Positions 8,856-17,391 of a stretch of 64,000 bases of DNA are shown in pieces. The stretch covers positions 677-64,676 of the forward strand of contig CAMNHV010000009.1 of NCBI GenBank assembly GCA_946539855.1, read 5' to 3'. Made by a program: the position numbers and the translations under genes. Each line of letters begins with the position of its first letter. Positions within the stretch are counted from its first letter, which is position 1. Under the pieces are notes generated by a model, which was given only the letters and a program-made list of their open reading frames with translations, did not search any database and was not told where the DNA came from. This stretch comes from an uncultured Lachnospiraceae bacterium (lineage in GTDB: Bacteria; Bacillota; Clostridia; Lachnospirales; Lachnospiraceae).

Positions 8856-10189
8856 AACTCGCATTCGTGTCGCTGGGCTGCGATAAAAACCTGGTAGACA
8901 GCGAAGAGATGCTGGAACTGCTCTCCCGCGGGGGGCGGTATGTCCTGACAGATGACGAGGAAGAAGCGGAAGCAGCTGTAGTTAATACATGCTGCTTCAT
9001 TGATGATGCCAAAAAAGAGAGCATCGGCGAGATCCTCTCCTTCGCGGAGCGCAGGAAGAGCGGCCAGCTCAAGGCCCTGATCATCACGGGCTGCATGGCG
9101 CAGCGCTACAGTGAGGACGTGCTCCGGGAGATCCCGGAGGTGGACGCCGTCGTCGGAACGACGGCGAGAAAGCGCCTTCCCGAAGCCCTGGACGCCGTGA
9201 TCAAAGACGGCGTGCACGGCGCTGTTTACCTCGAAGACAAGAACGCGCCGGAGGAGACGGCCGACCGGCTCCTTTCCACCGGCGGGCATTACGCGTACTT
9301 AAAGATCGCGGAAGGCTGCAGCAAGCACTGCACCTACTGCGCGATCCCCGGGATCCGCGGCGAATACCGCAGCGTCCCGATGCCGCAGCTCCTCGCGCAG
9401 GCGAAAGACCTCGCCGCACAGGGCGTGAAGGAACTGATCCTGGTGGCGCAGGAGACGACGGTTTATGGCAGAGACCTCTATGGGGAAAAGAAGCTTCCCG
9501 AACTCATCCGGGAACTCTGCAAGATCGAGGAACTGAAGTGGATCCGCATCCTTTACTGCTACCCGGAGGAGATCACGGACGAGCTGATCGGCGTGATCCG
9601 GGACGAGCCGAAGGTGGTCCACTACATCGACATGCCCATCCAGCACGCGTCGGACGACGTCTTAAAGCGCATGGGACGCAGGACAAATCGGAAGGAACTC
9701 GAGGAGACGGTGCGCCGCCTTAGGGAGAACATTCCGGACATCTGCATCCGCACGACGCTCCTCACGGGATTCCCCGGGGAGCTCGAGAAGGATCACGAGA
9801 TCCTGTGCCGCTTCGTGAAGAAGATGAAGTTCGACCGGCTCGGGGCATTCATGTATTCAAAGGAAGAGGGAACGCCTGCCGCGAAGATGAAGCCGCAGGT
9901 CCCGGCTCCCGTGAAGAGGAAACGCCACAAGGAACTGATGCTCCTGCAGCAGGAGATCGCGTTCCGTAAGGCGCGCGCGATGAAGGGCAAGGTCCTCACC
10001 GCGTTTATCGAAGGAAAGATCGCGGGGGAGGATGTCTACACCTCCCGCACATATATGGATACGCCGGGCGTGGACGGAACGCTTTTCATCGAATCGGATG
10101 AAGAGTTCATGTCGGGCGACTTCGTGCAGGTGAAGATCACCGGCGCGGACGGCTACGACCTGATCGGCGTGCCGGTGCCGGAAGAATAA
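8852..10189 (+). CDS. rimO: Ribosomal protein S12 methylthiotransferase
   Basis: SLGCDKNLVDSE, NTCCFI, GCMAQRY, radical SAM CxxxCxxC (GCSKHCTYC), C-terminal TRAM domain. Confidence 0.93.
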   Translation: MKLAFVSLGCDKNLVDSEEMLELLSRGGRYVLTDDEEEAEAAVVNTCCFIDDAKKESIGEILSFAERRKSGQLKALIITGCMAQRYSEDVLREIPEVDAVVGTTARKRLPEALDAVIKDGVHGAVYLEDKNAPEETADRLLSTGGHYAYLKIAEGCSKHCTYCAIPGIRGEYRSVPMPQLLAQAKDLAAQGVKELILVAQETTVYGRDLYGEKKLPELIRELCKIEELKWIRILYCYPEEITDELIGVIRDEPKVVHYIDMPIQHASDDVLKRMGRRTNRKELEETVRRLRENIPDICIRTTLLTGFPGELEKDHEILCRFVKKMKFDRLGAFMYSKEEGTPAAKMKPQVPAPVKRKRHKELMLLQQEIAFRKARAMKGKVLTAFIEGKIAGEDVYTSRTYMDTPGVDGTLFIESDEEFMSGDFVQVKITGADGYDLIGVPVPEE

Positions 10190-10227
10190 GTCCTGCAGTC
10201 TTAAGGGACAGCACAAGGAGCAAGAAG

Positions 10228-10764
10228 ATGAATCTTCCCAACAAACTGACGCTTTTCAGGGTATTTCTGATCCCGGTGTTCGTAGTGTTCATGCTGGTCA
10301 GCGTCACGGGGCCGTATGACAAGTGGATCGCGCTCGCGATCTACGTCATCGCCTGCCTCACGGACATGCTGGACGGCAAGATCGCCCGCAAATACAACCT
10401 GATCACGGACTTCGGCAAGTTCATGGACCCGCTCGCGGACAAGCTTCTCGTCTGCAGCGCGATGATCTGCCTCATTGAGCTCGGGCGCCTGCCCGCGTGG
10501 ATCGTGATCGTCATCATCTCGAGAGAGTTCATCATCAGCGGCTTCCGCCTCGTGGCGGCCGACAACGGCGTCGTGATCGCGGCGAGCTGGTGGGGCAAGT
10601 TCAAGACCGTCTTCCAGATGGCAATGACGATCCTGATGATCGCGGACATCGAGGCCCTTCGCCCCGTCACGCGGATCGTGATGTGGATCGCCCTGATTCT
10701 CACGGTCGTCTCCCTCATCGATTATCTGTGGAAGAACAAGGGCGTTCTGAAGGACGTGAAATGA
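10228..10764 (+). CDS. pgsA: CDP-diacylglycerol--glycerol-3-phosphate 3-phosphatidyltransferase
   Basis: MNLPNKLT, DMLDGKIARK...TDFGKFMDPLADK CDP-alcohol phosphotransferase motif, GKFKT. Confidence 0.95.
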   Translation: MNLPNKLTLFRVFLIPVFVVFMLVSVTGPYDKWIALAIYVIACLTDMLDGKIARKYNLITDFGKFMDPLADKLLVCSAMICLIELGRLPAWIVIVIISREFIISGFRLVAADNGVVIAASWWGKFKTVFQMAMTILMIADIEALRPVTRIVMWIALILTVVSLIDYLWKNKGVLKDVK

Positions 10765-11303
10765 TGGATGATGAGAAAAGCATGATCGACGGGAACACCG
10801 TTTTCGCTCCCTCAGAGGCTGAACAGCCCGTCGCGGCACAGGCGGCTGCGCGCGAAGCGGTCCGGCTCGTCACGGAGCAGGGACTGACGCTGACGACGGC
10901 GGAGTCCTGCACGGGCGGCATGCTGGCGGCGGCAATCACCTCAGTGCCCGGCGTGTCGGCGGTCTATCCCGGCGGTTTTGTCACATACTGCGACGAATTC
11001 AAACACAAGCTGCTCGGCGTGTCGAAGAAATGCCTGAAGAAGAACGGCGCGATCAGCAGGGCCACCGCGAAGCGGATGGCGAAAGGCGCGGCGAAGAAGG
11101 CCGGCGCGGACATCGCACTGTCGGTGACGGGGAACGCTGGCCCCGACGCGCAGGAGGACAAGCCGGTCGGGCTCGTCTATATTGGACTGTACTTTCAAGG
11201 CGTCACAGAGACGGAGAAATTTACGTTTCAGGGCGGGAGGCAAGAGATCCGCGAGGCCGCGTGCCTGAGCGCTCTTCAGATGCTGTACCGCAGGCTGAGC
11301 TGA
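10761..11303 (+). CDS. CinA C-terminal domain protein (NMN amidohydrolase, PncC-like)
   Basis: AESCTGG, G.VTY, GAIS..TA..MA.G, VTGNAGP, KPVGLVYIG; ATG overlaps pgsA stop. Confidence 0.9.
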   Translation: MMDDEKSMIDGNTVFAPSEAEQPVAAQAAAREAVRLVTEQGLTLTTAESCTGGMLAAAITSVPGVSAVYPGGFVTYCDEFKHKLLGVSKKCLKKNGAISRATAKRMAKGAAKKAGADIALSVTGNAGPDAQEDKPVGLVYIGLYFQGVTETEKFTFQGGRQEIREAACLSALQMLYRRLS

Positions 11304-11335
11304 CCCGGCATCTTCCGGGACTAAGGAGTTCATTA

Positions 11336-11788
11336 ATGAAAAAGCTTATGGAGCAGATCCTGAAGTTCGGGATCGTCGGAGTCATCTGTTTCTTCATCGA
11401 CTATCTGGTCGGCATCGCGGCGATGAACATCGCGATGAAAGTGCTGGGAGAGGGCGGATTCGCCACGGCTTCCACGATCGGGTCGGTGCTCGGCTTCATC
11501 GTCTCCGTCATCGCGAACTACATCCTGAGCTTCAAGTTCGTCTTCCAGAGAAAAGAGAACATGGACCGGCGCGCCGAGTTCGTTATCTTCCTGATCCTCT
11601 CGGTCATCGGCCTCGGGATCAACGCGCTGATCGTGTGGGGCTTCACCGGTCCCATCTACAGCTCGAGCGCGATGCTGCGCAGGCTCATGGGCTACAACAT
11701 GGCCTACACCGTCGGCAAGATCATCGCGACGGCGGTCGTCATGGTCTACAATTTCGTCACGCGGAAGAAATTCCTGGAACAGAAGTGA
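11336..11788 (+). CDS. GtrA-family membrane protein (lipid-linked sugar flippase)
   Basis: KFGIVGVICFFID, NY.LS.KFVF, MVYNF.TRK motifs; 4 TM; RBS AAGGAG. Confidence 0.88.
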   Translation: MKKLMEQILKFGIVGVICFFIDYLVGIAAMNIAMKVLGEGGFATASTIGSVLGFIVSVIANYILSFKFVFQRKENMDRRAEFVIFLILSVIGLGINALIVWGFTGPIYSSSAMLRRLMGYNMAYTVGKIIATAVVMVYNFVTRKKFLEQK

Positions 11789-11857
11789 AACGGCCGGCCG
11801 GCGCTCGCATGAGCTTCGGCAGGTGCGGAACGCCGCGGCGCTCCCGGGAGAAAAACA

Positions 11858-12850
11858 GTGGCAGATACATTATATTTCGTGATCCCCTGCTATAACGAAG
11901 AGGAGGTGCTGCCGGAGACGGCAAAGCGCCTGAAAGAGAAAGTCGCCTCTTTGCGGGAAAAGGGAAAAGTCAGCGGCTTAAGCCGCATCGTGTTTGTGAA
12001 CGACGGGTCGAAGGACAGGACCTGGGAGATGATCTGCGAGCTCCATGAACAGGATCCGGTCTTCTCCGGCATCTGCCTCTCGCGCAACAGAGGCCACCAG
12101 AACGCGCTCCTCGCGGGACTTATGACCGTGCGGGACTACGCGGACTTCGCGGTCTCGATGGACGCGGACCTGCAGGACGACGTCGACGCGGTGGACGAGA
12201 TGATCGACAAGTACTACGCCGGAAAGGACATTGTCTACGGCGTGCGGTCCGCGCGGCAGACGGACACGTTCTTCAAGAGGACGACTGCGCACGGATTCTA
12301 CAGCCTCATGAAGGGCATGGGTGCGGAGACGGTCGCGGACCACGCGGACTTCCGCCTCATGAGCGCGAGAGCGCTGGACGCGCTCTCCGGATTTACGGAA
12401 GTGAACCTGTTCCTGCGCGGCATCGTGCCGATGCTCGGATTCCCGACAGACGTCGTTTACTACGAGCGGCACGAGCGGTTCGCGGGAGAGAGCAAATACC
12501 CGCTGAAGAAGATGCTGAGCTTCGCCGTCCAGGGGATCACATCCCTCTCGACGAAGCCGCTGCAGATGATCACCGGACTCGGCTTTTTCATCTTCCTCGT
12601 GAGCATCGTTATGCTGGTCTACTCCTTATTCCGGCACTTCACCGGCGCGACGATCGTCGGCTGGACGTCCCTCACGATCTCCCTGTGGGCGATCGGCGGC
12701 CTGATCCTCTTAAGCCTCGGCGTCATCGGCGAGTACGTCGGCAAGATCTACCTCGAGAGCAAGGCGCGCCCGCGCTTCATCATCCAGGAGTACCTGGACA
12801 GCGAGCACGGCTATGTGGCGGGAGATGAGAGAAAAGCGCAGCGCGAATGA
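11858..12850 (+). CDS. GT2 polyprenol-phosphate glycosyltransferase (GtrB/YkcC-like)
   Basis: IPCYNEEE, VNDGSKD, SRNRGHQNAL.AGL, MDADLQD, ADFRLMS, two C-terminal TM helices, GEYVGKIY.E.K.RP. Confidence 0.92.
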   Translation: MADTLYFVIPCYNEEEVLPETAKRLKEKVASLREKGKVSGLSRIVFVNDGSKDRTWEMICELHEQDPVFSGICLSRNRGHQNALLAGLMTVRDYADFAVSMDADLQDDVDAVDEMIDKYYAGKDIVYGVRSARQTDTFFKRTTAHGFYSLMKGMGAETVADHADFRLMSARALDALSGFTEVNLFLRGIVPMLGFPTDVVYYERHERFAGESKYPLKKMLSFAVQGITSLSTKPLQMITGLGFFIFLVSIVMLVYSLFRHFTGATIVGWTSLTISLWAIGGLILLSLGVIGEYVGKIYLESKARPRFIIQEYLDSEHGYVAGDERKAQRE

Positions 12851-12906
12851 GTGATTGCGGGCCGCGAAAGGCGGCGCGGGCAAGGCGCGGCTGGGATATC
12901 TGCAGA

Positions 12907-13533
12907 TCAGAGCATGAGCTCGTCCCCGTGCTCCTTCAGCCACCTGCGGCGGACGCGGTAGTCCGGCAGGACGGATCCGACGAGCGCCCAGAACGCCTGT
13001 GAGTGATCCATGTGGACGAGATGGCAGAGCTCGTGGACGACGACGTAATCGAGCACGTCCGGCGGCGCGAGCATGAGCTTCCAGTTGAAATTGAGATTCT
13101 TCTTCGCGGAGCAGCTCCCCCAGCGGGTCTTCTGCTCGCGGATGGAGATCCGCCCGTACGAGACGCCGAGAATTTCAGCGTAGTACGCACAGCGCTGCGG
13201 GATGTATTCCGCGGCTTTGCGGCGGTAAAGCTTTTCCAGATACGCGTGCTGCTCCGGCGTCAGCGGGTCACGGTCCTTGCGCTTCTGCAATTCTTCGAGG
13301 CGCTGCTGCTTCTCGGTGAGCTTTTCGAGGACCCAGGACTGCTTGAGTACGAGAAACCGCTCGATCTCCGCGACCGTGGAATACCATGGCGCGCGCACTT
13401 CGAGATTTCCATCCTTCGTGATGAGGATGGAGAGCGTGCGGCGCTTCGAGCGCTTCAGCGTATAGCGGACGGCGAGAGGCATCCCGCCCTTTGTGTGAAG
13501 GATGACCTCACGGACGATAGTTTCTTTTTTCAT
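12907..13533 (-). CDS. M48/SprT-like (YgjP/DUF45) zinc metallohydrolase
   Basis: RWGSCS, LNFNW.L, DYVVVHELCHL.H..HS..FW. Confidence 0.88.
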   Translation of the reverse strand: MKKETIVREVILHTKGGMPLAVRYTLKRSKRRTLSILITKDGNLEVRAPWYSTVAEIERFLVLKQSWVLEKLTEKQQRLEELQKRKDRDPLTPEQHAYLEKLYRRKAAEYIPQRCAYYAEILGVSYGRISIREQKTRWGSCSAKKNLNFNWKLMLAPPDVLDYVVVHELCHLVHMDHSQAFWALVGSVLPDYRVRRRWLKEHGDELML

Positions 13534-13571
13534 AACCCCCAGTTTAGCACAAAGAAAGGAGAAACCGGCAT

Positions 13572-14240
13572 ATGGAACGAAGCGGCAGATGTATTCTGGT
13601 CTGTGCGGGTGATTTTACGCCCGTGGATCTGGGCGTCACGAACGACGACTTCCTGATCGCGGTCGACGCGGGACTCGAGCACCTGCTCCGCATCGACACG
13701 CTGCCGGACCACCTCGTCGGCGATTTCGACTCCCTGGACGAGTCCTACCGGGAACTTGTGGACCGGATGGAAGAGGCGCACCCGGAGAGCGTGACGAGAC
13801 TCAATCCCGTCAAGGACGACACGGACGCGATGGCGGCGGTGATGATCGGCATGGAGCGCGGCTACCGCAGGTTCTACATCTACGGCGGCATGGGCGGACG
13901 GCTCGACCACACGCTCGGCAACCTGCAGCTCCTGACGTATCTCAGAGAGCGCGGGTGCAAGGGCTACCTGATGGACGAGAAGACGATGGTCACCGTGATC
14001 CGCGGCGAGACGATAAGGTTCCACGAGACCTTCGACGGAACCGTCTCCCTCGTGGCGCTCAGCGACGCGGTCCCGGACGTCACGATCCGCGGGATGAAAT
14101 ATGAGACGGAACATGTTACACTTGTGAACGGCACGACGCTCGGCATCAGCAATGAGAAGCGGAGCGGGGCACCGGCGGAGATCACCGTAGGCAACGGATA
14201 CGCTGCAGTGATCGCGAGCTGGGCGCCGACAGTGCAGTAA
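13572..14240 (+). CDS. thiN: Thiamine diphosphokinase
   Basis: IAVDAG, VGDFDS, KDDTD, GG.GGRLDHTLGN, LGISNE. Confidence 0.92.
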   Translation: MERSGRCILVCAGDFTPVDLGVTNDDFLIAVDAGLEHLLRIDTLPDHLVGDFDSLDESYRELVDRMEEAHPESVTRLNPVKDDTDAMAAVMIGMERGYRRFYIYGGMGGRLDHTLGNLQLLTYLRERGCKGYLMDEKTMVTVIRGETIRFHETFDGTVSLVALSDAVPDVTIRGMKYETEHVTLVNGTTLGISNEKRSGAPAEITVGNGYAAVIASWAPTVQ

Positions 14241-14349
14241 CGGCACGATAAGGGCGTGATGCTCGCCCATAAACCTTTTCGTACGGCTTCAGCAGGTGCT
14301 GGCGCTGTACAGGATCACCGCAACCTGAATTCACGATATGGAGGAAAAG

Positions 14350-15894
14350 ATGGAACACAGACCGGTCGTACTCATGATACTCGACGGATATGGCCTCAAT
14401 GACAATCCCGAAGGCAATGCCGTCCTGCAGGCAAAGCGCCCTGTGATGGAAAGCCTCATGCGGGATTATCCGTTCGTCAAGGGATATGCCAGCGGCCTCG
14501 CGGTAGGCCTGCCGGACGGGCAGATGGGCAACTCCGAAGTCGGCCACATGAACATGGGCGCCGGGCGCATCGTCTATCAGGAACTGACCCGCATCACGAA
14601 GGAGATCGAGGACGGGGATTTCTTTGAGAACGAGGAGCTGCTCCGCGCGATCAATAACTGCAAGGAAAAGGGTTCTGACCTGCATCTCTACGGCCTGATG
14701 TCCGACGGCGGCGTCCACAGCCACAACACGCACGTCTACGCGCTGCTCGAGATGGCGAAGCGCAACGGACTGGACCGCGTCTACGTCGACTGCTTCATGG
14801 ACGGCCGCGACACGCCGCCCAAGAGCGGCATCGACTACATCGCGCAGCTCGAAGAGAAGATGGCTGAGATCGGCGTCGGCAAGATCTCGATGATCAGCGG
14901 CCGCTACTATGCGATGGACAGAGACAACAACTATGACCGCGTGCAGTACGCTTACGACGCGCTGACCAAGGGCGAAGGCGTCACGGCAAGCAGCGCGAAG
15001 GAAGCGATGCAGCAGTCCTATGACAAGAACGAGACGGACGAATTCGTGAAGCCCACCGTCATCCTGGATGAGAACGGCGCGCCGAGAAGCCTCATCAAGG
15101 ACGGCGACTCCATCATCTTCTTCAACTTCCGTCCCGACAGGGCGAGAGAGATCACGCACTGCTTCTGCGACGACGAGTTCGACAAGTTCGACCGCGGCGC
15201 GCGCAAGGACGTCACCTACGTCTGCTTCCGCGACTACGATCCGAAGATCCCGAACAAGCACGTCGCGTTCAAGGAGATCGAGCTCACGAACACCTTCGGC
15301 GAGTATCTCGCGGCGAAGGGCATGAAGCAGCTCCGTCTCGCAGAGACCGAGAAGTACGCGCACGTCACGTTCTTCTTCAACGGCGGCGTCGAGAAGCCGA
15401 ACGATGGCGAAGACAGGATTCTCGTCAACTCCCCGAAGGACGTCGCAACGTATGACCTGAAGCCGCAGATGAGCGCTTACGAAGTCTGCGACAGGCTGTG
15501 CGAGGCGATCCGCGCCGGCAAGCACGACGTCATCATCATCAATTTCGCGAATCCGGACATGGTCGGCCACACCGGTGTCCTCTCCGCGGCAATCAAAGCG
15601 GTCGAGGCGGTCGACGAGTGCGTCGGACGCGCGGTCGAGGCGGTCAAGGAAGTCGGCGGCACGCTCTTTATCTGCGCGGACCACGGCAACTGCGAGCAGG
15701 AGATCGACTATGAGACCGGCGCTCCGTTCACGGCACACACGACGAATCCGGTCCCGTTCATCCTCGTGAACTACGAGGAGGGCGTCACGCTCCGCGAGGG
15801 CGGCGTTCTGGCGGACATCGTGCCCACGCTGATCGACATCATGGGCATGGAGCAGCCGAAGGAGATGACGGGCAAGTCGCTGCTGGTGAGATAA
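14350..15894 (+). CDS. gpmI: 2,3-bisphosphoglycerate-independent phosphoglycerate mutase
   Basis: LMILDGYG, GQMGNSEVGH, SDGGVHSH, DGRDT, GRYYAMDRD, NFRPDRAR, ETEKYAHVTFFFNGG, NPDMVGH, ADHGN. Confidence 0.97.
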   Translation: MEHRPVVLMILDGYGLNDNPEGNAVLQAKRPVMESLMRDYPFVKGYASGLAVGLPDGQMGNSEVGHMNMGAGRIVYQELTRITKEIEDGDFFENEELLRAINNCKEKGSDLHLYGLMSDGGVHSHNTHVYALLEMAKRNGLDRVYVDCFMDGRDTPPKSGIDYIAQLEEKMAEIGVGKISMISGRYYAMDRDNNYDRVQYAYDALTKGEGVTASSAKEAMQQSYDKNETDEFVKPTVILDENGAPRSLIKDGDSIIFFNFRPDRAREITHCFCDDEFDKFDRGARKDVTYVCFRDYDPKIPNKHVAFKEIELTNTFGEYLAAKGMKQLRLAETEKYAHVTFFFNGGVEKPNDGEDRILVNSPKDVATYDLKPQMSAYEVCDRLCEAIRAGKHDVIIINFANPDMVGHTGVLSAAIKAVEAVDECVGRAVEAVKEVGGTLFICADHGNCEQEIDYETGAPFTAHTTNPVPFILVNYEEGVTLREGGVLADIVPTLIDIMGMEQPKEMTGKSLLVR

Positions 15895-15937
15895 TAGCAA
15901 CAATGTTTACATGAAGCTGTAAGTGAGGCTGGCACAC

Positions 15938-15976
15938 ATCGGATGGGTGGTTTTCGGACTTCCCATCCGATTTTTT
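15938..15976 (+). terminator. Rho-independent terminator after gpmI
   Basis: ATCGGATGGG...CCCATCCGAT 10-bp stem followed by T-run. Confidence 0.8.
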
Positions 15977-15984
15977 GTTGTGGG

Positions 15985-16013
15985 TTGACAGTCGCGTACA
16001 AGTGATGCATACT
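15985..16013 (+). promoter_or_regulatory. sigma-A promoter of the GntR-ABC operon
   Basis: TTGACA-17 bp-CATACT. Confidence 0.75.
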
Positions 16014-16040
16014 AAGTGTACCATCACAACTAATACACTT
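16014..16040. promoter_or_regulatory. YtrA-type operator
   Basis: AAGTGTA-N13-TACACTT inverted repeat right after the -10, matching the AGTGTA-N13-TACACT YtrA box. Confidence 0.85.
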
Positions 16041-16081
16041 GATACGCGGAAGAAACGTTTCAAAAACAGGAGAGCAACAGA

Positions 16082-16444
16082 ATGCTGATCAATTACCAGG
16101 ACAGCAGGCCGATCTATGAACAGATCGTGGACAGGTACAGACACCTGATCCTCATGGGAGCGCTCGCGCCGGATGAGCAGATGCCGTCGGTGCGGAGCCT
16201 CGCAATGGAGCTGTCGACGAACCCGAACACGGTGCAGAAGGCGTACGCGGAACTCGAGCGGCAGGGCTATCTGTACAGCGTGAAGGGAAGAGGCAGCTTC
16301 GTCTGTCACGCGGACGACCTGCGGCGCGCGAAGGTCACGGAGATCGCGGACGAGATCGCGTCTCTCTTAAGAGAGGGAGAGGAGATCGGAGCCGATCCGG
16401 AGGACATTCTTGAAAAGGCGCGCCGGAGACTGCGGGAAGGCTGA
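16082..16444 (+). CDS. GntR-family (YtrA subfamily) repressor
   Basis: PIYEQI, MPSVR.LA.EL..NPNTVQKAY.ELE..G, GRGSFV; short C-terminal domain. Confidence 0.93.
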   Translation: MLINYQDSRPIYEQIVDRYRHLILMGALAPDEQMPSVRSLAMELSTNPNTVQKAYAELERQGYLYSVKGRGSFVCHADDLRRAKVTEIADEIASLLREGEEIGADPEDILEKARRRLREG

Positions 16445-16485
16445 GCAGCGGCCCGCGAAGTACAAATCGAAAGGAATCTTTCAAC

Positions 16486-17391
16486 ATGATCGAGACAATG
16501 CGAGTTAAAAAATCTTTTGACGGCGTGGCCGCCGTGAACGACGTCTCGCTCCAGATCCGGGAGAAGGAAGTCTTCGGGCTGGTCGGCACGAACGGCGCCG
16601 GCAAATCGACGCTCCTTAGGATGATCGCCGGCGTGATCCGGCAGGACGAGGGAACGATCCTTCTGGACAACGAGAACGTCTATGACAACCCGGAGGCGAA
16701 GCGGAAACTGTTTTTCATCCCGGACGAGCCCTACTTCTTTCCGAACAGCACGATCCCGCAGGTGGAGGGCTACTACCGGCAGCTGTATCCGACGTTCGAT
16801 TCGGCGCAGTTCGGGAAGCTGACGGACGACTTCGGCCTTGACCGGAAGCGGAAGATCGACCGGTTCTCCAAGGGCATGAAGAAGCAGCTGTCGATTCTGC
16901 TCGGGATCTGCTCGGGAACGAAGTACCTGCTGTGCGACGAGACGTTCGACGGGCTGGATCCGGTCATGAGGCAGGCGGTCAAAAGCCTTTTCGCAAAACA
17001 TATGGAAGACAGGGGGCTGACGCCGGTCCTGACTTCGCACAACCTGCGGGAGCTTGAGGATATCTGCGACCACATGGGACTGCTCCACGAGGGCGGCGTG
17101 ATCCTCTCGCAGGACATCGAGACCATGAAGCTCTCGATCCAGAAGGTGCAGTGCGTGTTCGCCGCGGGGATCGACCCGGACAAGGCGATGGAAGGAATGG
17201 ACATCATGGCGCACAGCATACGGGGCAGGCTCCACACGGTCACGGTGCGCGGCAGCAGGGAAGCGGTGCAGGAGCGGTTCCGGAACATGCAGACGATCTT
17301 TTTCGAGATCCTTTCTCCTTCGCTGGAGGAGATCTTTATCAGTGAGACGGAGGTGGCGGGTTATGACATTCGCAAGATCATCACAGAGTGA
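16486..17391 (+). CDS. ABC transporter ATP-binding protein (YtrB-like)
   Basis: Walker A GTNGAGKST, signature FSKGMKKQ, Walker B LLCDETFDGLDP, TSHNL, SLEEIF. Confidence 0.93.
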   Translation: MIETMRVKKSFDGVAAVNDVSLQIREKEVFGLVGTNGAGKSTLLRMIAGVIRQDEGTILLDNENVYDNPEAKRKLFFIPDEPYFFPNSTIPQVEGYYRQLYPTFDSAQFGKLTDDFGLDRKRKIDRFSKGMKKQLSILLGICSGTKYLLCDETFDGLDPVMRQAVKSLFAKHMEDRGLTPVLTSHNLRELEDICDHMGLLHEGGVILSQDIETMKLSIQKVQCVFAAGIDPDKAMEGMDIMAHSIRGRLHTVTVRGSREAVQERFRNMQTIFFEILSPSLEEIFISETEVAGYDIRKIITE

